DNA of 44,668 nucleotides. It comes from Methylacidiphilum sp. Its GTDB lineage: Bacteria; Verrucomicrobiota; Verrucomicrobiia; CAIQCK01. The translations under genes were made by a program, and so were the position numbers. Positions 1 to 8,803 of this stretch are shown piece after piece. Positions within the stretch are counted from its first letter, which is position 1, and each line of letters opens with the position of its first letter. The notes beneath the pieces were generated by a model that ran no database searches, was not told where the DNA came from, and saw only the letters and a program-made list of their open reading frames with translations. The DNA lies in the NCBI GenBank assembly GCA_020718125.1, contig DYDC01000001.1, positions 1 to 44,668 of the forward strand, given 5' to 3'.

Positions 1-137
1 AACAACGCAGGGCTATAGCCGCTGCCTACCGCATCCTCTGATCACCGAGCGCAGCGAGGTTACCCTTGAGGCGGCCAGAATCAAAATTCCTATCCCAAAA
101 CGTTAGAAGTCCAACCACCCAAGGAGATTGAGATACC

Positions 138-2225
138 ATGACCACACACTCTCTCAAAACTGAATCTCAACCCGCATCGCGGTTCCGCAAGATGGTTAAA
201 GTTACCGGAGGCTCCCTTTTGTCGCGCACATTGTTGGCCGGCTGCATGGTCGTAATGCTGGCGTTCGGCGGTTTGCCAGCCCGTTCGCAGGACGGAACCA
301 ATCTCGTCCGCAACGGCGGTTTCGAGGAAGGTGCGGCGGGCTGGAGCTTGCCGCAGGCATTTCACGTTGTGGACGACGTGTTCCACGGCGGCTCGCGCAG
401 CTTGCAGTTGGTCAACACCAACAAGGCGAGCGATCTGTTCGTGTCGTCGCAGGCCGTCCCTTTCAAGCCGGGCATGCAATATCGCTTCAGCGCATGGATT
501 CGGACGCGCGGCCTGCGCGGCGGGAAGTCCGGCGCGTGGATCTGCGTGAATTGGAGCGACGCGAAGTGCTGGCTCGGCAGCGACGGCGTGCATGGCGGGA
601 ATGGCGACCAGGATTGGTCTCATGTCGAGGGCGTTACCGCGCCGATCCCGAAGGAAGCCACCAGCGTCCGCATCAATCTCTGTCTGGGCAAAGGCGTGAC
701 CGGCACGGTGTGGTTTGACGACGTGAGCGTGACCGAGTTGTATCCGCCGGCGCTCGATGCGGCGTTGCTGCGGCCGAACTATCGCGGACGGCTGCTGAAG
801 AATGCCGCCAACCAACGCGTGATCGTGCGGGCCAAGCTCGCGGACCATTTCAAGAACGGCTTGAAGCCGGAGCAAATGACGCTGGCGTATTCACTGCGCC
901 GGGATGGAAAGGTGTTGAAGGAGAAGAAGCTCACTCCGCAAACCGGCGGCTACACCGACGTGACGTTCGATGGCCGCGCGTTGCCGGTCGGCGTTCATCA
1001 GGTGAGCGTCGAACTGCTCGCGCCAGACAAATCGCGGCTGGGCGGGCAGGAATTCGAGTTGCAGAAGCTGCCGGCTGGCGCGCCGCAGCCGGCCGTCTTC
1101 ATTGACGAGCGCAACCGCGCCATCGTCAACGGCAAGCCGTTTTTCCCGCTGGGTTGGTATTTCGGGTCGGGGCCGACCTCGAAAGACCATCAGACACATC
1201 TCGACCGCGTGGCCGCCAGCCCGTTCAACACCATCATGTGCTACAGCGTCAACGCCGGCGGCCTCGACAAAGTGCGCGCCTATCTCGACGACCTCGCGGC
1301 GCGCAACCTCAAGATCATCTACGAGATCAGCAACGTTTACGCCGGGACGGAGTATTTCAGCGAGCAAGTGCTGGGCTTTCTCGGCGAGGACGCCATCGTC
1401 CGCGGCGTGGTCGGCGCGTTCAAGGACCATCCCGCGCTGCTCGCCTGGTATGTGAACGATGAAAGGTCGCTGGGGATGCGCGACCGGCTCGACGCCCGCC
1501 AGCGGCTCGTGCGGCAACTCGACCCGCAACACCCGACGTGGGCCGTGCTCAACAAAGAGGGGCAGTTCTACGGCTACCTCAACTCCACCGACGTGCTCGG
1601 CGCGGACCCATATCCCATCACACATCCCAACGTCACCAGGCGGCGGCACGGCGTGACGTTGGCGGCCAACTGGACGCGCGAGTGCGCCGCGGTCTCCGAC
1701 AGTCAGCGTCCACTCTGGATGGTGCCGCAGGCGATGGATTGGGCGTGTTACCACGAGGAGCACGCGGAGAAACACCGCGCGCCGACACTCGACGAGGAGA
1801 TGGTGATGACCTACCTCTGCCTCATCAACGGCGCGCACGGTCTGATCTACTACAGCTACCAGGACCTGATGCGCGACCGGCTCGGCTTCGACAAACGCTG
1901 GGCCGACATGCTCGTGGTCGGCAACGAAGTCAAACAGTTGTTCCCCGCGCTGCTATCGGCTGCCAAACCGCCGAAACTCGACGTGACCACGAGCAGCGAG
2001 GCGGTGCAATTCGCGATTCGCGCTGACGACGCGGGTAGCCGCTACGTGCTCATGGCAAATCCCGACGGGAAAGCCGCGGCGACGCTGCGCATCGGTGTGC
2101 CGGCGAAGTCCAAGCTGCGGCTTCTCCAGCGAGGCAAGTGCAAGCCGCTCGATTCGCCGAGGCGCGGCCCGTGTGAGATCATGCTGGGGCCGATGAGCGC
2201 CGCGACGCTGGTCATCAAGCGGTGA
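138..2225 (+). CDS. Secreted putative glycoside hydrolase (CBM4/9-like N-terminal domain plus TIM-barrel GH-like domain)
   Basis: 695-aa ORF; hydrophobic signal-like segment ending PARS-QD; NLVRNGGFEEG...VWFDDVSV CBM-like motif; NGKPFFPLGWY and HPALLAWYVNDE resemble clan GH-A enzymes. Start may be a later Met. Confidence 0.65.
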   Translation: MTTHSLKTESQPASRFRKMVKVTGGSLLSRTLLAGCMVVMLAFGGLPARSQDGTNLVRNGGFEEGAAGWSLPQAFHVVDDVFHGGSRSLQLVNTNKASDLFVSSQAVPFKPGMQYRFSAWIRTRGLRGGKSGAWICVNWSDAKCWLGSDGVHGGNGDQDWSHVEGVTAPIPKEATSVRINLCLGKGVTGTVWFDDVSVTELYPPALDAALLRPNYRGRLLKNAANQRVIVRAKLADHFKNGLKPEQMTLAYSLRRDGKVLKEKKLTPQTGGYTDVTFDGRALPVGVHQVSVELLAPDKSRLGGQEFELQKLPAGAPQPAVFIDERNRAIVNGKPFFPLGWYFGSGPTSKDHQTHLDRVAASPFNTIMCYSVNAGGLDKVRAYLDDLAARNLKIIYEISNVYAGTEYFSEQVLGFLGEDAIVRGVVGAFKDHPALLAWYVNDERSLGMRDRLDARQRLVRQLDPQHPTWAVLNKEGQFYGYLNSTDVLGADPYPITHPNVTRRRHGVTLAANWTRECAAVSDSQRPLWMVPQAMDWACYHEEHAEKHRAPTLDEEMVMTYLCLINGAHGLIYYSYQDLMRDRLGFDKRWADMLVVGNEVKQLFPALLSAAKPPKLDVTTSSEAVQFAIRADDAGSRYVLMANPDGKAAATLRIGVPAKSKLRLLQRGKCKPLDSPRRGPCEIMLGPMSAATLVIKR

Positions 2226-2507
2226 AGAGTGTTCGGCGCATTTTTGAAGCTGCCGGCTGAACCGAAAGGTGATTCTCTTGCGGCACCATGAAACCTTGGA
2301 AACGTCCCGGAATTGGGGGGCTGCGGTTGGACGGTTTGGACGCGGCGGAAAAGGATTCGCACCCGGCCGTCCAGCCGCAAACGTTTCTTCCAATACTCCG
2401 CCCACTCCCGCGGATCGGTGATCCGCCGCAATGGAATCCTCGCCCTCTGCGCCGCCCCCGCGTCCGTCCAGCCAAACCCGATCTTCTTCTCCCACATTCA
2501 AGAGGCG

Positions 2508-3758
2508 TTACACGTAAAACGCCATCGCGCCGAAGCTGACGACGGAGTTGGTGTCCGGCTCGTGGCTCTGGCCGTAGTGGAGGATGTGGGCCGCGCGCGG
2601 CTGGAGCGCCGCGAGCAGCGTGTAGATGGCCGGGTAGCCGCAGATGCGCCGCGCGTCCTTCTCCGCGGCGATGGATTGATGGAACTTCTCGGCGTCGCAT
2701 GAGGCCATCGCCGCCATCATCGCCTCGTCCTCGCGCCGCAACTGTTCGCGCTGCGCCTTGTCCATCGGCTCCTCGTCGCCGAACCGGCCGCCGATGTGGG
2801 CGAAGTCCACGCCGGCAATGACACAGACCTTGCCTCGCTGGGCCTCCACGAGCTTTCGCAGCGCCGCGGTGAATGAAGAAACTTCAGCGTCGGCCATCGG
2901 CGAGCCGCCGTTCTGGCTAAACTCGTGAAACGAGCCGGCGAGCACCGGCGCGATCCGGGCTTTGAGCTTACCGCCAAAGAGGTATTGGAGATAGACGACC
3001 TGGAACTCGATGCTGTGCTCGCGGCGATGCGGCCATTCATCGGCGAAAAGGTCGAACGGCAGCCCGGCAGCCAGCGCGCGCAGCGCGTCGTTGTCCGTCT
3101 TCGCCACGCCGAACGGTGTCTCGTAGTCCTTCCGCAGAGCGCCAAAGCGATGCTGCATCGGCTGGTGGCCGGTGCCGAGGACCACGAACATCTCAATGTC
3201 GTCGCGCCCGCGTAACTGGTGGTAGGCCCACGCGAACGACGGGCCTCCGCGGCGCGGGTCAATGTGCGGCGCGACCAAGCCGACAAGCTGCCGCTTCTCG
3301 TCCTTTGTCCTTTGCCCTTCGCCCTTGACCCGCGTCCCATCCGGCCCATCGGGCGACTCGAAGTGTTTGTCGAACATCGCGATGATCTCCGCCGGCTCGC
3401 CGGGATAGCTGGCGCCGGCATGGGCCGCTTCTCGGACGGGCGCGGCGGCAAACTCGCGCAGCAGCGTCTCGCGGTGCGCCGCGAAACGCGGGCTGTTGAG
3501 AATGAGCGCTTCGTCCAGCTTCGCGACGACGTCCTTGAGCAGGTCGCTGGGCAGCAGATGGCCCGTCTCGCGCGTGAACTCCGTCTGGATATCAAGCAGG
3601 CTATGTTCACCGTCGAACCGCTGGAGGATCGGCAGCAGGGCGGGCGACACGACCGGCGTCGCGTCGGTCCAGCCGAGCGGGTCGCGCAGGGCGATCATCT
3701 CACGGCCGGAGACTTTCACCGGCAATGCCTCGACGGGCCTGAGTTTCGGGTTGTTCAC
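2508..3758 (-). CDS. AmmeMemoRadiSam system protein B (MEMO1 family)
   Basis: REAAHAGASYP, APHID, EHSIEFQ, DFAHIG and ICG motifs of Memo-like proteins. Confidence 0.85.
   Translation of the reverse strand: MNNPKLRPVEALPVKVSGREMIALRDPLGWTDATPVVSPALLPILQRFDGEHSLLDIQTEFTRETGHLLPSDLLKDVVAKLDEALILNSPRFAAHRETLLREFAAAPVREAAHAGASYPGEPAEIIAMFDKHFESPDGPDGTRVKGEGQRTKDEKRQLVGLVAPHIDPRRGGPSFAWAYHQLRGRDDIEMFVVLGTGHQPMQHRFGALRKDYETPFGVAKTDNDALRALAAGLPFDLFADEWPHRREHSIEFQVVYLQYLFGGKLKARIAPVLAGSFHEFSQNGGSPMADAEVSSFTAALRKLVEAQRGKVCVIAGVDFAHIGGRFGDEEPMDKAQREQLRREDEAMMAAMASCDAEKFHQSIAAEKDARRICGYPAIYTLLAALQPRAAHILHYGQSHEPDTNSVVSFGAMAFYV
3298..3332. repeat. Degenerate heptamer tandem repeat inside the MEMO-family CDS
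   Basis: tcgtcct ttgtcct ttgccct tcgccct tgacccg; read as RVKGEGQRTKDE on the minus strand. Confidence 0.65.
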
Positions 3759-3803
3759 GATGAAATGATGAATGATCTGAATGAACGGACTTGGAAGTCC
3801 GTT

Positions 3804-4326
3804 CTACGTCTTCGCGCCGGCCAACATGTCCGCATACGAGCGCGACTGCAAGTCCTCCGGTCTCACTCCAAACGCGGCCATCAGCTCGTCCACCTGCCGC
3901 TGGCAGCGCGGGCGGTCCTCGTCGCGCTCGCCTTTGGCCTCGATCTCGATGAACGTGCCGGGGTCCGCGACGGCGTCGAGGTGGATCTTCACGGTGTCGA
4001 GGAACCAGATCTCGCGCCGTTTGCGGACCTCGATGCGGACACCAAGCGCCTCGCGCAGGGTGGCGCGCAAGGGATCGAGGTCGCCCGCCTGCTCCAGCCG
4101 CGCCAGCGCGACGGTGCTTTCCATGACTGCGGCGGCATCGGGACGCTCGTAAAAGATAAGCGCCTTCTCAATGGGGCCGTCGCGCAGTTTCAGCCGGCCG
4201 CGCGGCACGGTGAAATAGGTGTCCCGTTGCTCACGTGCCAGCAAAGCTCGCGCCCATCTTTGCCAGCGTCGCGCGGGCGCGGGCAAGGTCGGCGCAGCGG
4301 GCCTTGATTTCGATGTTGAAGAACAT
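3804..4326 (-). pseudogene. Class IV adenylate cyclase / CYTH-domain protein, frameshifted
   Basis: ATG at 4326 gives MFFNIEIKARCADL...GASFAGT* (ExEIK-type motif); the rest (EQRDTYF..GRLKLR..KRREIW..IHLD..FIEIE) continues in another frame from ~4232. Confidence 0.8.
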
Positions 4327-4481
4327 GGCGGCGGCGTAGCGCGGCAGCGGCAGGGCGTGAAGAGCGAAACCGGACCAGCTTCACGCCCCGGAGATGTCCT
4401 GCCACGATGTTCGATTGGCTCCACTTTGCTGCCGACAGAAACATTGCACGGCAGCGGGCTTTGACTTATAAGGGCGGCCTT

Positions 4482-5003
4482 ATGCGACACACGATCTCGG
4501 TGCTGGTGGAAAACAAATTTGGCGTGCTGGCCCGCATCGCCGAGCTGTTCTCGGGACGCGGTTACAACATTGACACCCTCAACGTCGCCCCGACCCTCGA
4601 CGCGAAGCTCTCCCGCATGACCATCGTCACCCGCGGCGACGACGCCACGCTCGAACAGATCATCAAGCAGCTCAACAAGCTTGTGAACGTCGTCCAGATC
4701 CAGGATTTCCGCGAAGGCCAATACGTGGACCGCGAGCTGATCCTGCTCAAGGTCAAGGCCGACTCCAAGGCCCGCAGCGAGATCATGCAGATCTGCGACA
4801 TCTTCCGCGCCAAGATCGTGGACGTGCAACAGCGCGAACTGTCCATCGAGATCACCGGCACCGAGGACAAGCTGGAGAAATTCCTCCAACTCATGGACCC
4901 GTTCGGCATCGTGGACATCACCCGCACCGGCAAGGTCGCCATGCCGCGGCAAACGAAGACAGCGGCTGCAAGTGAGGCAATGGGGGTCAGGTCTCAACAT
5001 TAG
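4482..5003 (+). CDS. ilvN: Acetolactate synthase small (regulatory) subunit
   Basis: MRHTISVLVENKFGVLARIAELFSGRGYNIDTL...RELILLKV...RTGKVAM; the last residues run into a repeat end. Confidence 0.95.
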   Translation: MRHTISVLVENKFGVLARIAELFSGRGYNIDTLNVAPTLDAKLSRMTIVTRGDDATLEQIIKQLNKLVNVVQIQDFREGQYVDRELILLKVKADSKARSEIMQICDIFRAKIVDVQQRELSIEITGTEDKLEKFLQLMDPFGIVDITRTGKVAMPRQTKTAAASEAMGVRSQH

Positions 5004-5129
5004 ACATTTCCCTCATCACTTCCGCCATCGCCTTCTGCATCTCTTTCTCCCGCCCCGCCCGCTCCGCCATCCTCCGCACCGCCCGCCGCTTCAACGCAAG
5101 CTAAATGTCTGATATTGAGACCTGACCCC
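4983..5129. mobile_element. MITE-like remnant with 27-bp terminal inverted repeats (GGGGTCAGGTCTCAA...)
   Basis: ggggtcaggtctcaacattagacattt (4983-5009) and aaatgtctgatattgagacctgacccc (5103-5129), 2 mismatches; the interior reads as a protein C-terminus on the minus strand. Confidence 0.8.
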
Positions 5130-5142
5130 GATCACCTTGGAT

Positions 5143-5225
5143 GTTCGCAGTAGCGCGATTCATCGCGCGTGCGGTCGCATGTCGGAAGAACGGCGTAACG
5201 CGCGATGAATCGCGCTCCTACGAAC
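5143..5225. repeat. Intergenic REP doublet (GTAG-type palindromic unit in inverted pair)
   Basis: gttcgcagtagcgcgattcatcgcgcgt ... acgcgcgatgaatcgcgctcctacgaac; each arm has a GCGCGAT-N-ATCGCGC hairpin. Confidence 0.85.
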
Positions 5226-5311
5226 CAAACATCCCCATTTGCTTTCGCATGGAGCGGGTCAACTTCGCGCGCGACATTCTCGATAAGCCGAAAGACGGAC
5301 CTGCAGCCAGC

Positions 5312-6463
5312 TCAGCGATAGCGCCCCTCGTCCTTTGCCGCCTCGATCATCGCCACGACGTTCTTGCGGGGCGTGTTCTTTTCCAGATAGTCGGAGGTGG
5401 AGAAGATGTAGCGGCCGCCGGGCTTGCCGGCGCGAACGATGGCGCGGGTGGCGGCGTCCACTTCCTGCGGCGTGGCGCGCTTGAGGAAATCCACGTGGTC
5501 GAGATTCCCAAGCAGACAGATGCGGTCGCCGATGGCGGCTTTCGCGTCGGCGAGCTTGTTGTCGCCGCGCGGCGGCTCGCTGACGGTTTCCCAGACGGTC
5601 ATGCCGAGTTCGCGGTAGTTGCCATAGAGGATCTTCGCGCAGCCGCAGTTGTGATAGACGCTGAACTTGCCGGCGGCGTGGATGGCGTCAATCATCCGCT
5701 TCTCGTAAGGCTGGACGAACTGCCGGAAGAAATCCGGCCCGGTGGTCGAGCCTCCGGCCATGTGGCCCTGGATGCCGATGCAGTCAATCGCCGTTTCGCC
5801 GAGCGCCGCGCTGTAGGCGCACATTGTGTCGGCCACGCCGCTCATCAGGGCGCGATAGGCCGCCTCGTCCATGTAGGGGGCCATGTAGAAGTTGTCCATG
5901 CCGCAAAGATCGGAGCAGAAGTTGAACACGCCCGCAAATCCCCACGGCGCGAGCACGCCGCGGTCGCCGATGACATGTCGCCACGCTTCGGCAGTCTCGC
6001 GCATGAAGCGGCGGTCCTCGTCGTCGAGCGCGGGGAGCCATTTCAGGAAAGCCTCGGCGTCGTCCGCGTCGTGCAAGAGCGTCCGCGTGACGTGGAACCG
6101 CACGCCCGTGGTGGCCGCACCGCTGTCGGGGCCGGTTTCCTCCTGCACAAGCGTCCGCGTCGGCGTGACGATTTCCAGCCGGCGCTTGATCATCCCGTCG
6201 CCGCGTGTCTCACCGCGGCGCAGTTCCCAGTTCGGATGGCTGCGGCGGAAGAAATGCGGCGGCTCCAGCGCGCGATGTTTCGCCATCAGGTCGAAGTCGA
6301 GTTCGTTGGCCAGTTCCGTGGCGTCAATGACGCGGTCGAGCTTCGGCTTCTGCGGATAGTAGAAGGAGAGGTATTCCTCCTGCACGAATGGCGAAACCGG
6401 CACACGGTCGGCGATCTGGCCGCGGAGGGTGGTGAGGAGGCGTTCGCGGGGCGTCATCTGCAT
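5312..6463 (-). CDS. Uroporphyrinogen decarboxylase (UroD/MtaA-like) family protein
   Basis: MTPRERLL..L.G..ADRVPVSP, YHNCG, LLGNLD, GGRYIFS motifs. Confidence 0.85.
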   Translation of the reverse strand: MQMTPRERLLTTLRGQIADRVPVSPFVQEEYLSFYYPQKPKLDRVIDATELANELDFDLMAKHRALEPPHFFRRSHPNWELRRGETRGDGMIKRRLEIVTPTRTLVQEETGPDSGAATTGVRFHVTRTLLHDADDAEAFLKWLPALDDEDRRFMRETAEAWRHVIGDRGVLAPWGFAGVFNFCSDLCGMDNFYMAPYMDEAAYRALMSGVADTMCAYSAALGETAIDCIGIQGHMAGGSTTGPDFFRQFVQPYEKRMIDAIHAAGKFSVYHNCGCAKILYGNYRELGMTVWETVSEPPRGDNKLADAKAAIGDRICLLGNLDHVDFLKRATPQEVDAATRAIVRAGKPGGRYIFSTSDYLEKNTPRKNVVAMIEAAKDEGRYR

Positions 6464-6473
6464 AATTCTTTTT

Positions 6474-6523
6474 GGCAAAATCATGGTGGGCAAAATCATG
6501 ATTTTGCCCTGTATGATTTTGCC
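6474..6523. repeat. Nested GGCAAAATCAT / ATGATTTTGCC inverted repeats
   Basis: Four units including a perfect 22-bp palindrome gggcaaaatcatgattttgccc (6488-6509); another unit at 7914-7926. Confidence 0.75.
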
Positions 6524-7875
6524 TAAACCTTCTCCGGCACCACGAACGGCGCGCGGTATTCGCGCGTGAGCATCGCGTTGGCTTCCTTGTCGTTCTTGAA
6601 CGTCATCGTCGCCGGGTCGAACTCCAGGCTGCGGCCGAGGCGATAGGAGATGTTGCCGAGGTGGATGAGCGCGCAGGAATAGAAGCCCTCCTGAATGCTC
6701 TTGTTGAACTCTTCCGGCTTCGGCTCGCGGATGGCGTTGACGAAGACCTCGTAGTGATTGCCCGCGCCCTTGCCGGTCGGGCCGGCTTCACGTTTCTCGC
6801 CCATGAACGTGCGCCATTCGCTGACGCTCTTGGCCATGTAGCCTTTGGAGCCGAAGAACAGGTTGCCGCAGGTGTTGCCGGCGCTGGTGGCCATGTAGCC
6901 GTCGGCGCCGGCCTTTTTCATCCACATGCCGTCTTCACTGTTGCTGACCCAGTGGCGCGCCTCGAATTGGAGAATCTTCTTCTTGTCGCCGCCGCCATCG
7001 GGGTTTGGGAACTCATACATCGCCATCAACACGTTCGGCGTCTGCTGGTCGTCGTTGAACATCACGTGGCCGCCCATCGCGCTGATCTTCGTCGGCAGCT
7101 TCACGCCGAGGCCCCAGCGGGCGATGTCCATCTCATGCACGCCCTGGTTGCCCATGTCGCCGTTGCCGTAGTCCCAGTTCCAATGCCACTCGTAGTGGAA
7201 GCGGTTCTTGTTGAACGGCCGCGCCGGCGCGGGGCCTTGCCAGAGGTCGTAGTGGACGCCCTTCGGCACCGGCTCGTCCTCGAAGTGGCCGATGGTCTTG
7301 CGCCACTTGTAGCAAAGGCCCTTGGCCATATAGACCTCGCCGAGACCGCCGTCCTGGAGGAACTGCGCCATCGTCTGCGAGCACGGGTTGCTGCGCTGCT
7401 CCGCGCCGTCCTGCACCAGCACGCGATATGTTTTCGACGCCTCGACCAGCTTGCGGCCCTCGTAGAAGTTGTGGCAGCACGGCTTCTCGACCGAGACGTG
7501 TTTGCCGGCCTGAATGCCGTAGATCGCGGCGAGCGTGTGCCAGTGGTTCGGCGTCACGACTGAGAAGCCGTCAATCTCCTTGTCCTCGACCATCTTCCGG
7601 ATGTCGGTGTAGGTCTTCGGCGCTGGGCGGTTCTTCTTGGTGAAGTGCTTGGCGATAACCTCCGGGAAGAGGTTCTCGTCCACGTCGCAGAGCGCGGCGA
7701 CCTCGACGTTGGGCAGGGCGTTGTAGGCGGCGATGTGGCTCTGGCCCATGCCGTGGATGCCGACGACGGCGAGCCGGACGCGGTCATTGGCGCCAGCCCA
7801 CGCGCGGTGGGTGCCGATGAGCAACGCGCCGGTGGCGACGCTGCCTTGTTTGAGGAAATTGCGACGGGTCATCAT
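6523..7875 (-). CDS. Gfo/Idh/MocA family oxidoreductase, Tat-exported
   Basis: TRRNFLK twin-arginine signal; VTPNHWH, GKHVSVEKP, YDLWQGPAP, GNQGVH. Confidence 0.92.
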   Translation of the reverse strand: MMTRRNFLKQGSVATGALLIGTHRAWAGANDRVRLAVVGIHGMGQSHIAAYNALPNVEVAALCDVDENLFPEVIAKHFTKKNRPAPKTYTDIRKMVEDKEIDGFSVVTPNHWHTLAAIYGIQAGKHVSVEKPCCHNFYEGRKLVEASKTYRVLVQDGAEQRSNPCSQTMAQFLQDGGLGEVYMAKGLCYKWRKTIGHFEDEPVPKGVHYDLWQGPAPARPFNKNRFHYEWHWNWDYGNGDMGNQGVHEMDIARWGLGVKLPTKISAMGGHVMFNDDQQTPNVLMAMYEFPNPDGGGDKKKILQFEARHWVSNSEDGMWMKKAGADGYMATSAGNTCGNLFFGSKGYMAKSVSEWRTFMGEKREAGPTGKGAGNHYEVFVNAIREPKPEEFNKSIQEGFYSCALIHLGNISYRLGRSLEFDPATMTFKNDKEANAMLTREYRAPFVVPEKV

Positions 7876-7948
7876 GGCGGGGGTTCCTTTCTTTAATCTT
7901 CAGTGCGGGTGAAGGGCAAAATCATGGGCATCTCGTGTTGTCGGACCG

Positions 7949-8803
7949 CTACTTCAGCACATCTGACAGCTTCCGCCAAGCGTTCATCGAGCCGGTCAGG
8001 AGCGTCTTCGGGTCGCCTTTGATGTTGTAGCATTGGAGGCCGATGGGGCCTTTGAAGCCGACGGCCTTGAGCTTCCGCAGCACGATGCCGACGTCGTAGG
8101 TTCCTTTGTCGAGCGGCTGGATGATGCGCGGCAATTCCTTCTTCGACGCGCCGCTGTCGGCGCCGTTGATGGTCGCGACAAACATGAGCGGCGCGGCTTC
8201 CTCGATGAGCGCCGGGATGCGCGGTCCGGCTTCGTCGAGCAAAGCGTGGCAAAGGTTGAACGTCACGCCGACGTTCTTGCGGTTGACCTTCCTAGCGACG
8301 CGCACGGCATCCTCGACGCGATGGACCCACACGTTGACGTGCGGGTAGATGGCGATGCGCAGGCCGTTGGCGTCGCAGAGGTCGGCGAGTTCGCGCAGGC
8401 CCGCCGCGGCGATGTCGTCGCCGGCGGGGTCGGAGTTTTTGAACTGCTTGCTGGTCATGTTCGGCCAGATCATCGTGTCGGTGCTTTTGCAGAGCGCGAT
8501 GATCTCCTTCAGGCGCGGGTCATAGACCATCTTGCCGTCTTTGAGTTCGAGGTTGCAGTAGATGACGAAGCATTTCATCCCGCGCCGCTTCGAGCCGTCG
8601 AGGACTTCCTTTACGCGCTCCGGCGCGTCGGTGCGCCACGCGATGCCTGCGAACCCGATCTCCTTCGCGAGGTCCAACTGCGACGCGATGGTCTTGAGGT
8701 TCTCGCCGCGCAGGCCGTTGTCGAAAACGAAGAACGGGTTCGTCTCGGCGTTGGCGGTCACGGCTGCCAGCGCGATGATTATGGTGAGGATGGCGGTTCT
8801 CAT
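7949..8803 (-). CDS. Sugar phosphate isomerase/epimerase (xylose-isomerase-like TIM barrel), secreted
   Basis: Signal peptide; IAIYPH, NVGVTFNLCH, GFKGPIGLQ. Confidence 0.8.
   Translation of the reverse strand: MRTAILTIIIALAAVTANAETNPFFVFDNGLRGENLKTIASQLDLAKEIGFAGIAWRTDAPERVKEVLDGSKRRGMKCFVIYCNLELKDGKMVYDPRLKEIIALCKSTDTMIWPNMTSKQFKNSDPAGDDIAAAGLRELADLCDANGLRIAIYPHVNVWVHRVEDAVRVARKVNRKNVGVTFNLCHALLDEAGPRIPALIEEAAPLMFVATINGADSGASKKELPRIIQPLDKGTYDVGIVLRKLKAVGFKGPIGLQCYNIKGDPKTLLTGSMNAWRKLSDVLK

Noticed and set aside
2226..2507. Minus-strand ORF 2042-2497 (MWEKKIGFGW...) as a real gene
   Set aside because: The first ~55 codons look protein-like, but the ORF overlaps the convergent hydrolase gene and has no recognisable motif; at most a fragment.
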